DNA from: Malacoraja senta
Taxonomy: Eukaryota
Direction of reading: 5' to 3'
DNA length: 20,000 nucleotides
NCBI GenBank assembly: GCA_038087875.1
Contig: JAXLNO010000611.1
Location: forward strand, 112,056 to 132,055
The translations under genes were made by a program, and so were the position numbers. Below are positions 1-10,795 of this stretch, one piece after another. The notes below the pieces were generated by a model. The model ran no database searches, had not been told where the DNA came from, and was given only the letters and a program-made list of their open reading frames with translations. Numbering within the stretch: the first letter of the stretch is position 1; each line of letters starts with the position of its first letter.

Positions 1-2209
1 GACACGAAAAGCGACTAAAATTCAGCGCGTGAAACACGGCGAAAATTCAGCACACATAAAGCGACGTAAATTCAGGATGCATAAAGTGACGAAATTTCAG
101 GACGTGAAAGGTGACGAAATTTCAGCACACAAAAAGCGATGAAAATTCAGCATGTTAAAAGCGAAGAAAACTCAGCATGTGAAGAGCGATGAAAATTCCG
201 CACACGAAAACGAGGAAAAAATTCAGGACGCGAAATGCAACGAAATTCAGCACATGAAATGCGACAAAAATTCAGGATGCAAAATGCAACGAAATTTCAG
301 GACGCTAAATGCGACTAAATTTCAGCACACTAAAAGCGACAACAATTCAGCACGCAAAAAGTGACAAATTTTCAGCATGCAAAAAGTGACAAAAATTCAG
401 CATGCGAAAAGCAACCAACCTTCGGGACGTGAAAAGTGATGAAAATGTAGCACGCGAAAAGCGACGAAATATCAGGATGCATAAAGTGATGAAATTTCTG
501 GACGTGAAAGGCGACTAAATTTCAGCACATGAAAAGCGACGAAAATTCAGCATGCGAAAAGCGACGAAAATTCAGCACCCGAAAAGTGACGAACATTCAG
601 GATGCGATAAGCGACTGAAATTCAGCACGTGAAATGCGACGAAAATTCAGCACACAAAGAGCGATGTAAATTCAGGACGGATTAAGCGACGAAATTTCAG
701 GACGTGAAAGACTACGAAATTTCAGCACACGAAAAACGACGAAAATTCAGCATGTGAAAAGTGACGAAAATTCAGCACGCGAAAAGTGACGAACCTTCAG
801 GACGCGAAAAGCGACTAAAATTCAGCACGTGAAATGCGACAAAAATTCAGCACACAAAAAGCAATGTAAATTCATGACTCGAAAAGCGACGAAAATGCAG
901 GAGGTATAAAGCGCCGCAATTTCAGGACGTGGAAAGCAACTAAATTTCAGCCTGCGAAAAGTGACAAAAATTCAGCCGGCAAAAAGCGATGAAAATTCAG
1001 CAGGCGAAAAGTGACGAACCTTCAGGACGCAAAAAGGGACGAAAATTGAGCAGTTGAAGAGTGACGAAAATTCCGCACACGAAAATGACAAAAATTCAGG
1101 AGGCGAAATGCAACGAAATTTCAGGACATGAAATGCGACAACATTTCAGGTCGCAAAAAGCAACGATATTTCAGGATGCAAAAAGCGACTAAATTTCAGC
1201 ACATGAAAAGCGACAAATATTCAGCACGCAAAAAGTGACAAAAATTCAGCATGCGAAAAGCGACAAACCTTCACAACGCGAAAAGTAATGAAAATGTAGC
1301 ACGCGGAAAACGATGAAAATTCAGCACGCGAAAAGCAATGTAAGTTCAGGACATGAAAAGCGACGAAATTTCAGGATGCATAAAGAGACGAAATTTAAAG
1401 ACGTGAAATGCGACGAAATGTCAGCAAATGACGAAAATTCAGCATGCGAAAAGCGACGAAAATTCAGCATGCTAAAAGTGACGAACCTTCAGGATGCGAA
1501 AAGCAACTAAAATTCAGCACACGAAACGCGAGGAAAATTCAGCACATGAAAAGCGACGTAAATTCATGACGTGAAAAGCAATGAAATTTCAGCCTGCGAA
1601 AAGCGATGAAAATTCAGCCTGCGAAAAGCGACGAAAATTCAGCATGTGAAAAGCGACAAATATTCAGCACGCAAAAAGTGACAAAAATTCAGCATGCGAA
1701 AAGCGACAAAGTTCACAACGCAAAAAGTAATGAAAATGTAGCACGCGGAAAACGATGAAAATTCAGCACGCGAAAATCAACGTAAGTTCAGGACATGAAA
1801 AGCGACGAAATTTCAGGATGCATAAAGAGACGAAATTTAAAGACGTGAAATGCGACGAAATGTCAGCAAACGACGAAAATTCAGCATGCCAAAAGCGACG
1901 AAAATTCAGCATGCTAAAAGTGACGAACCTTCAGGATGCGAAAAGCAACTAAAATTCAGCACACGAAACGCGAGGAAAATTCAGCACACGAAAAGCGACG
2001 TAAATTCATGACGTGAAAAGCAATGAAATTTCAGCCTGCGAAAAGCGATGAAAATTCAGCCTGCGAAAAGCGATGAAAATTCAGCATGCGAAAAGCGACG
2101 AACCTCAGGACGCAAAAAACGACGAAACTTTTGCACGCAAAGAGCGACGAAAATTCCGCCCACGAAAATGACAAAAATTCAGGATGCGAAATGCAACGAA
2201 ATTTCAGGA
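1..2209. repeat. Satellite A: diverged tandem array of 25(-26)-bp CpG-rich monomers, consensus ~CATGCGAAAAGCGACGAAAATTCAG; runs off the left edge
   Basis: TTCAG recurs at 546, 571, 596, 621 (25-bp period); a typical monomer is 551-575. The array stops abruptly at TGTAGCGGC (2210). Confidence 0.97.
1205..2088. repeat. Higher-order duplication within satellite A (two near-identical ~443-bp blocks)
   Basis: GAAAAGCGACAAATATTCAGCACGCAAAAAGTGAC starts at 1205 and at 1648. The translated ORFs 1313-1510 and 1755-1952 (offset 442) differ at only two residues. Confidence 0.9.
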
Positions 2210-2471
2210 TGTAGCGGCACCAAACGTGGTGAATAAGGCCAGACGTCAGGCAGGTTCAAACGATAGTTTAATGAGGTGTTACACGCTAGGTTGGTCCGCT
2301 AACTATATTATCATTGCTGCTGCAGCTGTGAGAGGTTGTTCTCTCGAACTCAGCTACCTGTTGACTGCTAAGGTCTCGAGGTGAGATAACCTTAAGTAGC
2401 CCATGACGTCACGTGCCAGCCCTCGTACCTACTGACGACCATCAGTGGTCTGTGTATCGGCTGATGCCACA
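2210..2471 (-). mobile_element. LTR (262 bp) of a Gypsy-like LTR retrotransposon, 3' LTR
   Basis: The minus strand reads TGTGGC...GCTACA (TG..CA ends with an imperfect terminal inverted repeat). It is preceded by a G-rich PPT (minus GGGGGGTGGG, ~2475-2484). Internal order on the minus strand: E-box/CRE (2404-2415), TATA-like TACTTAAG (2391-2398), ATTAAA (2267-2272). The superfamily is inferred because no RT or integrase core is present. Confidence 0.72.
2391..2415 (-). promoter_or_regulatory. Putative LTR U3 promoter: overlapping CRE (TGACGTCA) and E-box (CACGTG) next to a TATA-like motif
   Basis: TGACGTCA 2404-2411; CACGTG 2410-2415; TACTTAAG on the minus strand at 2391-2398. Function is untested. 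Confidence 0.4.
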
Positions 2472-2626
2472 GGACCCACCCCCCAGAACCGGAGGGAGGA
2501 ATAGAATGGTCGAGGGCGGCTCCTGCATGTGGGTCGGGGACACCCCGGGCGTGGGTCGGGACGGAGGGGCCCGCGGACGCAGTCGACGCTCTGCGTGAGC
2601 GATCCCGAGGTACCGAGGGGTGCGAG
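2472..2626 (-). mobile_element. GC-rich 3' internal remnant plus polypurine tract of the LTR element
   Basis: Abuts the LTR. One minus frame reads RTPRYLGIAHAERRLRPRAPPSRPTPGVSP...VLGGG, a Pro/Arg-rich tail like the end of Gypsy pol. Joins satellite B at ~2627. Confidence 0.6.
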
Positions 2627-2763
2627 TTTTGTATTTTCAAAGTAAACCACCTTTTGCATTTTCAAAGCAAACCACCTTTTGCATTTTCATAGCAAACCAC
2701 CTTTAGCATTTTCAAAGCAAAACAGTTTTTGCATTCTCAAAGCAAACCGCTTTTTGCATTTTC

Positions 2764-2985
2764 CGTAGGGTCTTCGTCCTTTTTTGTTGTTACATTTTCT
2801 ACACTTTTCTACACTTTCACTTTTTCCTTCACTTTCTTCTCTCTTTCAATCTTTTGCTTTTCTAGTGTAAAAATAAATAAAAAAAATAAAGGGAGTACAT
2901 TAATTGTAAGAAGATACAAATGACGAGTATTAATGTATGTGGTTGTAATGTAATGTACTTCTAATAAATAAAAATTAAAAAAAAA

Positions 2986-3022
<37 letters not shown>
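2764..3022 (+). mobile_element. 5'-truncated polyadenylated retroelement, probably an L1-clade 3' UTR
   Basis: Pyrimidine-rich tract, AATAAA at 2963-2968 and an A tail to 3022. Shares the terminal motif ACTTCTAATAAA and the overall UTR layout with the L1 at 18729-20000. Confidence 0.7.
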
Positions 3023-3026
<4 letters not shown>

Positions 3027-3239
3027 CCTTTTGCATTTTCAAAGCAAATCACCTGTTGCATTTTCAAAGCAAACCACCATTTCCATTTTCAAACCACCTT
3101 TTGCATTTTCAAACCAAATCACCTTTTGCATTTTCAAAGCAAACCACTTTTTCCATTTTCAAAGCAAACCACCTTTTGTATTTTCAAAGCAAGCCACCTT
3201 TTGCATTTTTAAAACAAAACAGTTTTTGCATTCTCAAAG

Positions 3240-3458
3240 CACGTGCCAGCCCTCGTACCTCCTGACGAGGGTTCGACCATCTCTGTATAGGCTGACGCCA
3301 TAGGACCCCCCCCACAAGAACTGGAGCGAGGAATAGAATCGTCGAGGGTGGCTCCTGCAAGTAGGTCGGGGACACCCCGGGCGCGGGTCGGGACGGAGGC
3401 GCCCGCGGGCGCTGTCCACGCTCCGCGTGGGCGATCCCGAGTTACCGAGGGGTGCGAG
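3240..3458 (-). mobile_element. Second, truncated copy of the Gypsy-like internal end, PPT and first ~60 bp of LTR
   Basis: 3317-3458 aligns ungapped to 2485-2626 with 14 substitutions in 142 bp. The LTR part (3240-3302) is broken at the CACGTG motif. Confidence 0.8.
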
Positions 3459-5134
3459 GTTTGAATTTTCGAAGTAAACCTTTTGCATTTTCAAAGCAAA
3501 CCACCTGTTGCATTTTCAAAGCAAACCACCTATTGCATTTTCAAAGCAAACCACCTTTTGAATTTTCATAGCAAACCACCTTTTGCATTTTCGAATCAAA
3601 CTACCTTTTTTCATTTTCAAACCAAAATTGTTTATGCATTCTCAAAGCAAACCACCGTTTGCATTTTCAAAGCAAACCGCCTTTTGCATTTTCAAAGTAA
3701 ACCACCTTTTGCATTTTCAAAGCAAGCCACCTTTGGCATTTTCAAAGCAAACCACCTGTTGCATTTTCAAAGCAAACCACAATTTGCATTTTCAAAGTAA
3801 ACCTTCATTTGCATTTTCAAAGCAAACCTTATGCATTTTCAAATCAAACCTTTTGCATTTTCAAAGCAAACCTTTTGCATTTTCAAACCAAATCACAATT
3901 TGCATTGAAAACAAAACCCACATTTCCATTTTCAAACCAAATAATTTGCATTTTCAAACCACCATTTGCATTTTTAAACCAAACCACCATTTGCATTTTC
4001 AAACCAAACCACCATTTGCACTTTCATAACAAACCAGCATTTGCATTTTCAAAGTAAACCACCATTTGCATTTTCAAAGCAAACCTTTTGCATTTTCAAA
4101 CCAAACCTTTTGCATTTTCAAAGCAAGCCTTTTGCATTTTCAAACCAAACCTTTTGCATTTTCAAGCCAAACCTTTTGCATTTTCAAACCAAACCACCGT
4201 TTGCATTTTAAAACCAAACCATGATTTGCATTTTGAAACCAAACCACATTTTGCATTTTCAAACCAAAGCACCTTTTGCATTTTGAAACCAAACTAACTT
4301 TTGCATTTTCAAACAAACCTTTTGCATTTTCAAAGCAAATCTTTTCCATTTTCAAACCAAACCATCTTTCCATTTCCAAACCAAACCACCATTTGCATTC
4401 TCAAAACAAACCACAATTTGCATTTTCAAAGCAAACCTTTTGCATTTTCGAAGCAAACCATTTGCATTTTCAAAGCAAACCACCATTTCCATTTTCAAAG
4501 CAAACCACCAGTTGCATTTTCAAACCAAACCACCATTTGCATTTTCAAACCAAACCACCATTTGCATTTTCAAACCAAACCACCATTTGCATTTTCAATC
4601 CAAACCACAATTTGCATGTTCAAACCAAGCCACCATTTGCATTTTCAAGCAAACCTTCATTTGCATTTTCAAAGCAAACCTTATGCATTTTCAAAGCAAA
4701 CCTTTTGCATTTTTCAAAGCTAATCTTTTGCATTTTCATACCTAATCACAATTTGCATTTACAAACCAAACCAACATTTCCATTTTCAAACCTAATAATC
4801 TGCATTTTCAAACAACCCTTTGTATTTTCAAACCAAACCGCCATTTGCATTTCAAACCAAAGCACCATTTGCATTTTCAAACCAAACCACGATTTGCATT
4901 TTGAAACCAAACCACATTTTGCATTTTCAAACCAAAGCACATTTTGCATTTTGAAACGAAACTAACTTTTGCATTTTCAAAGCAAACCTTTTGCATTTTC
5001 AAAGCAAACCGTTTGCATTTTCAAAACAAACCTTTTCCATTTTCAAACCAAACCATCTTTCCATTTCCAAACCAAACCATCTTTCCATTTCCAAACCAAA
5101 CCACCATTTGCATTTTCAAAACAAACCACCATTT

Positions 5135-5360
5135 CTGTGGAATTCTCTGCCACAGAAGGTAGTTGAGGCCAGTTCATTGGCTATATTTAAGAGGGAGTTA
5201 GATGTGGCCCTTGTGGCTAAAGGGATCAGGGGGTATGGAGAGAAGGAAGGGATGGGATACTGAGTTGGATGATCTGCCATGATCATATCAAATGGCGGTG
5301 CAGGCTCGAAGGGCCGAATGGCCTACTCCTGCGCCTATTTTCTATGTTTCTATGTTTCTA
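5135..5360 (+). mobile_element. CR1-clade LINE 3' end (HER1-like, elasmobranch type), copy 1
   Basis: Encodes the CR1 ORF2 C-terminus LWNSLPQKVVEASSLAIFKRELD (stop at 5263). 3' UTR has GAAGGGCCGAATGGCCTACTCCTG and an 8-bp tail repeat (TTTCTATG)n. Confidence 0.92.
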
Positions 5361-5489
5361 TTTGCATTTTCAAAGCAAACCTTTTGCATTTTCAAAGCAA
5401 ACCATTTGCATTTTCAAAGCAAATCTTTTGCATTTTCAAAGCAAACCACCATTTGCATTTTCAAACCAAACCACCATTTGCATTTTCAA

Positions 5490-6594
5490 TCCTCAAGTAC
5501 AATTGAAAATAGATAACATAAGTGTAGAAAGAGTATATTAATATCAATTTCTTGGTGTGATATTAGACCACAAAATCTGCTGGAAACCACATATAAACCA
5601 CGTCAAAGCAAAACTGGCAGAATCTATAGCAATATTGGGAAAATCAAGACAAATTCTGGACCACAAATCATTACATACTCTGTATAATACACTCATATTG
5701 CCATATATGAGTTACTGTGTGGAGATATGGGGTAACACCTGCAAAACCAACCTACAGCCGTTATGCACATTACAAAAAATAGCAATAAGAATTATCAATA
5801 ACGTTGGAAATCTTGAACATACCAATTTATTATTCTTAAAGTCACATACACTGAAGTTCACCGACCTGGTTAAATTTAAGAATGCGCAAATCATGTACAA
5901 AGCAATAAATAATTTACTTCCAAGAAATATACAAAAACTGTTTATGGAAAGACAGGGTGGGTATAATTTGAGAATGGAACTTAATTTTAAAAAACTCAAT
6001 GTCAGAACAACTCTTAAAAGTATGTGCATAGCAATCTGTGGGGTGACTTTTTGGAATGGTCTTGAACAGGAGATAAAACTTATCATAAACATAATTCAGT
6101 TTAAAAAGATGTACAAAAACACTTTTTTAAAGGATATTGGGATGAGGATAGGTGATTGTGAGTGGGATATTTGTTCTACTGATTGTATTGGGAAAGGTGA
6201 TTATAGGGTGATGGGTTGTATATATGACTAAGAGATACTGTATAGTATATGAGGGTTTTTCTTTTATTTTTTATTTTTTTTTCTTTTTTGTATGGCTTTG
6301 TAAATATTTGATTAGTGTATAAATGTAAATAATTTGGTGTACATATAGCTGCTGGTGTACATATGGTGTACATATAGCTGCTAAGTTTGTATAAGATAAT
6401 TATAAGCAGTTGAATAAGGGGTGGGAATTAATACGCTTTGGCTTCTTCCTGCTCCTTTTCGGACATACGATTTCATTTATTTATAGATATTGTTTATGAC
6501 ACTTTATTAATATTCTTGTTTTGTTTTTTGTATGCTGTTTCACACTTGCTTTTAATTCTTTTATTCTGTTCGAAATAAAGAATTTAAAAAAAAA
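5490..6594 (+). mobile_element. 5'-truncated CR1/L2-group LINE (Crack-like), copy 1
   Basis: Post-RT motifs FLGVILD..WKPHI, YCVEIWG, LQK.AIRII, YNLR, GV.FWNGL (ORF 5557-6231; in-frame stop at 5539-5541). AATAAA at 6574-6579 and a short A tail. Confidence 0.88.
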
Positions 6595-8137
6595 CATACC
6601 ACCTTTTGCATTTTAAAACCAAACCACCTTTTGCGTTTTCAAAGCAAACTAACTTTTGCATTTTCAAAGCAAACCTTTTGCATTTTCAAAGCAAACCTTT
6701 TCCTTTTTCAAACCAAACCATCTTTTGCACTTCCAAACCAAACTACCATTTGCATTTTAAACTAAACCACCTTTTCCATTTTCAAAGCAAACCACCATTT
6801 CCATTTTCAAAGCAAACCTTTTGCATTTTCAAAGCAAACCTTTTGTATTTCCAAACCAAACCTTTTGCATTTTCAAACCAAACCACCGTTTGCATTTTCA
6901 AAGCAAACCACCATTTGCATTTTCAAAGCAAACCACCATTTGCATTTTCAAACCAAACCACCTTTTGCATTTTCAAACCAAACCACCTTTTGCATTTTCA
7001 AAGCAAATTAACTTTAGGATTTTCAAAGAAAACCTTTTGCATTTACAAAGCAAACCTTTTCCATTTTCAAACCAAACCATCTTTTGCATTTCCAAACGAA
7101 ACCACCATTTACATTTTCAAACCAAACCACCTTTTGCATTTTCAAAGCAAACCACCTTTTGCATTTTCAAACCAAACCTTTTGCATTTACAAGCCAAACC
7201 TTTTGCATTTTCAAACCAAACCACCGTTTGCATTTTAAAACCAAACCATGATTTGCATTTTGAAACCAAACCACATTTTGCATTTTCAAACCAAAGCACC
7301 TTTTGCATTTTGAAACCAAACTAACTTTTGCATTTTCAAACAAACCTTTTGCATTTTCAAAGCAAATCTTTTCCATTTTCAAACCAAACCATCTTTCCAT
7401 TTCCAAACCAAACCACCATTTGCATTTTCAAAACAAACCACAATTTGCATTTTCAAAGCAAACCTTTTGCATTTTCGAAGCAAACCATTTGCATTTTCAA
7501 AGCAAACCACCATTTCCATTTTCAAAGCAAACCACCAGTTGCATTTTCAAACCAAACCACCATTTGCATTTTCAAACCAAACCACCATTTGCATTTTCAA
7601 ACCAAACCACCATTTGCATTTTCAATCCAAACCACAATTTGCATGTTCAAACCAAGCCACCATTTGCATTTTCAAGCAAACCTTCATTTGCATTTTCAAA
7701 GCAAACCTTATGCATTTTCAAAGCAAACCTTTTGCATTTTTCAAAGCTAATCTTTTGCATTTTCATACCTAATCACAATTTGCATTTACAAACCAAACCA
7801 ACATTTCCATTTTCAAACCTAATAATCTGCATTTTCAAACAACCCTTTGTATTTTCAAACCAAACCGCCATTTGCATTTCAAACCAAAGCACCATTTGCA
7901 TTTTCAAACCAAACCACGATTTGCATTTTGAAACCAAACCACATTTTGCATTTTCAAACCAAAGCACATTTTGCATTTTGAAACGAAACTAACTTTTGCA
8001 TTTTCAAAGCAAACCTTTTGCATTTTCAAAGCAAACCGTTTGCATTTTCAAAACAAACCTTTTCCATTTTCAAACCAAACCATCTTTCCATTTCCAAACC
8101 AAACCACCATTTGCATTTTCAAAACAAACCACCATTT

Positions 8138-8363
8138 CTGTGGAATTCTCTGCCACAGAAGGTAGTTGAGGCCAGTTCATTGGCTATATTTAAGAGGGAG
8201 TTAGATGTGGCCCTTGTGGCTAAAGGGATCAGGGGGTATGGAGAGAAGGAAGGGATGGGATACTGAGTTGGATGATCTGCCATGATCATATCAAATGGCG
8301 GTGCAGGCTCGAAGGGCCGAATGGCCTACTCCTGCGCCTATTTTCTATGTTTCTATGTTTCTA
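8138..8363 (+). mobile_element. CR1-clade LINE 3' end (HER1-like), copy 2
   Basis: Duplicate of 5135-5360 with the same junctions. Confidence 0.92.
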
Positions 8364-8583
8364 TTTGCATTTTCAAAGCAAACCTTTTGCATTTTCAAAG
8401 CAAACCATTTGCATTTTCAAAGCAAATCTTTTGCATTTTCAAAGCAAACCACCATTTGCATTTTCAAAGCAACCCTTTTGCATTTTCAAACCAAACCTTT
8501 TGCATTACCAAAGCTAACTTTTGGCATTTTCAAACAAAACCACCATTTGCATTTTCAAACCAAACCACCATTTGCATTTTCAA

Positions 8584-9687
8584 TCCTCAAGTACAATTGA
8601 AAATAGATAACATAAGTGTAGAAAGAGTATATTAATATCAATTTCTTGGTGTGATATTAGACCACAAAATCTGCTGGAAACCACATATAAACCACGTCAA
8701 AGCAAAACTGGCAGAATCTATAGCAATATTGGGAAAATCAAGACAAATTCTGGACCACAAATCATTACATACTCTGTATAATACACTCATATTGCCATAT
8801 ATGAGTTACTGTGTGGAGATATGGGGTAACACCTGCAAAACCAACCTACAGCCGTTATGCACATTACAAAAAATAGCAATAAGAATTATCAATAACGTTG
8901 GATATCTTGAACATACCAATTTATTATTCTTAAAGTCACATACACTGAAGTTCACCGATCTGGTTAAATTTAAGAATGCGCAAATCATGTACAAAGCAAG
9001 AAATAATTTACTTCCAAGAAATATACAAAAACTGTTTATGGAAAGACAGGGTAGGTATAATTTGAGAATGGAACTTAATTTTAAAAAACTCAATGTCAGA
9101 ACAACTCTTAAAAGTATGTGCATAGCAATCTGTGGGGTGACTTTTTGGAATGGTCTTGAACAGGAGATAAAACTTATCATAAACATAATTCAGTTTAAAA
9201 AAGATGTACAAAACACTTTTTAAAGGATATTGGGATGAGGATAGGTGATTGTGAGTGGGATATTTGTTCTACTGATTGTATTGGGAAGGGTGATTATAGG
9301 GTGATGGGTTGTATATATGACTAAGAGATACTGTATAGTATATGAGGGTTTTTCTTTTATTTTTTATTTTTTTCTCTTTTTTGTATGGCTTTGTAAATAT
9401 TTGATTAGTGTATAAATGTAAATAATTTGGTGTTCATATAGCTGCTGGTGTACATATGTTGTACATATAGCTGCTAAGTTTGTATAAGATAATTATAAGC
9501 AGTTGAATAAGGGGTGGGAATTAATACGCTTTGGCTTCTTCCTGCTCCTTTTCGGACATACGATTTCATTTATTTATAGATATTGTTTATGACACTTTAT
9601 TAATATTCTTGTTTTGTTTTTTGTATGCTGTTTCACACTTGCTTTTAATTCTTTTATTCTGTTCGAAATAAAGAATTAAAAAAAAAA
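8584..9687 (+). mobile_element. 5'-truncated Crack-like LINE, copy 2
   Basis: Duplicate of 5490-6594 (ORF 8651-9223) with a few substitutions (N/Y, I/R, G/R) and homopolymer indels near 9196-9220. Confidence 0.88.
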
Positions 9688-10795
9688 CATACCACCTTTT
9701 GCATTTTAAAACCAAACCACCTTTTGCGTTTTCAAAGCAAACTAACTTTTGCATTTTCAAAGCAAACCTTTTGCATTTTCAAAGCAAACCTTTTCCTTTT
9801 TCAAACCAAACCATCTTTTGCACTTCCAAACCAAACTACCATTTGCATTTTAAACTAAACCACCTTTTCCATTTTCAAAGCAAACCACCATTTCCATTTT
9901 CAAAGCAAACCTTTTGCATTTTCAAAGCAAACCTTTTGTATTTCCAAACCAAACCTTTTGCATTTTCAAAGCAAACCACCGTTTGCATTTTCAAAGCAAA
10001 CCACCATTTGCATTTTCAAAGCAAACCACCATTTGCATTTTCAAACCAAACCACCTTTTGCATTTTCAAACCAAACCACCTTTTGCATTTTCAAAGCAAA
10101 CTAACTTTTGGATTTTCAAAGAAAACCTTTTGCATTTACAAAGCAAACCTTTTCCATTTTCAAACCAAACCATCTTTTGCATTTCCAAACGAAACCACCA
10201 TTTACATTTTCAAACCAAACCACCTTTTGCATTTTCAAAGCAAACCACCTTTTGCATTTTCAAAGCAAATCTTTTGCATTTTCAAAGCAAACCTTTTGCA
10301 TTTTCAGAGCAAACCTTTTGCATTTTCAAACCAAAACTACTTTTACATTTTCAAACCAAACCTCCATTTGTATTTTCAAACCAAACCTCCTTTTGCATTT
10401 TCAAATCAAACCTTTTGAATTTTCAAAGCAAACCTTTGCATTTTCAAAGCAAACATTTTGCATTTTCAAAGCAAACTACCTTTTGCATTTTCAAAGCAAA
10501 CCACATTTTGCATTTTCAAAGCAAACCTTATGCATTTTCAAACCAAAACCTCTTTTGCATTTTCAAACCAAACCACCATTTGCATTTTCAAACCAAACCA
10601 CCTTTTGCATTTTCAAACCAAACATCCTTTTGCATTTTCAAACCAAACCTCCTTTTGCATTTTCAAACCAATGCTCCTTTTGCATTTTCAAGGCAAACTT
10701 TTTGCATTTTCAAAGCAAACCTTTTGCATTTTCAAACCAAATCTTTTGCATTTTCAAACCAAACCTTTTGCATTTGCATACCAAACCACCTTTTT

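Larger units (their letters stand above)
4128..10263. repeat. Recent tandem duplication of a ~3.05-kb composite unit (satellite B + CR1 fragment + Crack-like fragment); copies ~4128-7154 and ~7155-10263
   Basis: Offsets are 3027 (ORF 4276 vs 7303), 3003 (CR1), 3094 (Crack start) and 3093 (ORF 6606 vs 9699). Insertion junctions are identical in both copies. Confidence 0.93.

Noticed and set aside
1..2209. CENP-B box in satellite A (TTCG on the minus strand)
   Set aside because: The consensus lacks the downstream A..CGGG core positions.
152..2236. Lys/Asn-rich short ORFs in satellite A
   Set aside because: Translations of a 25-bp tandem repeat; no domain or splice structure.
2764..3022. Processed pseudogene of a host mRNA
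   Set aside because: No coding remnant, and the end motif matches the L1 3' end in this window. Not fully excluded without a search.
2432..3290. Hammerhead ribozyme/retrozyme (CTGACGA followed by a hairpin at 2432 and 3262)
   Set aside because: The required GAAA after stem II and a stem III/NUH site are absent in both copies. An Infernal search would be the formal test.
6336..6382. GGTGTACATATAGCTGCT local repeats
   Set aside because: Small slippage duplication within a LINE 3' UTR; no sign of separate function.
5712..9186. Antisense 126-aa ORFs
   Set aside because: Shadow frames of the LINE coding strand; their similarity is explained by the recent duplication.
5557..9223. Duplicated host gene (224 aa and 190 aa ORFs)
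   Set aside because: These are LINE ORF2 C-termini, 5'-truncated, with an upstream in-frame stop and an A tail.
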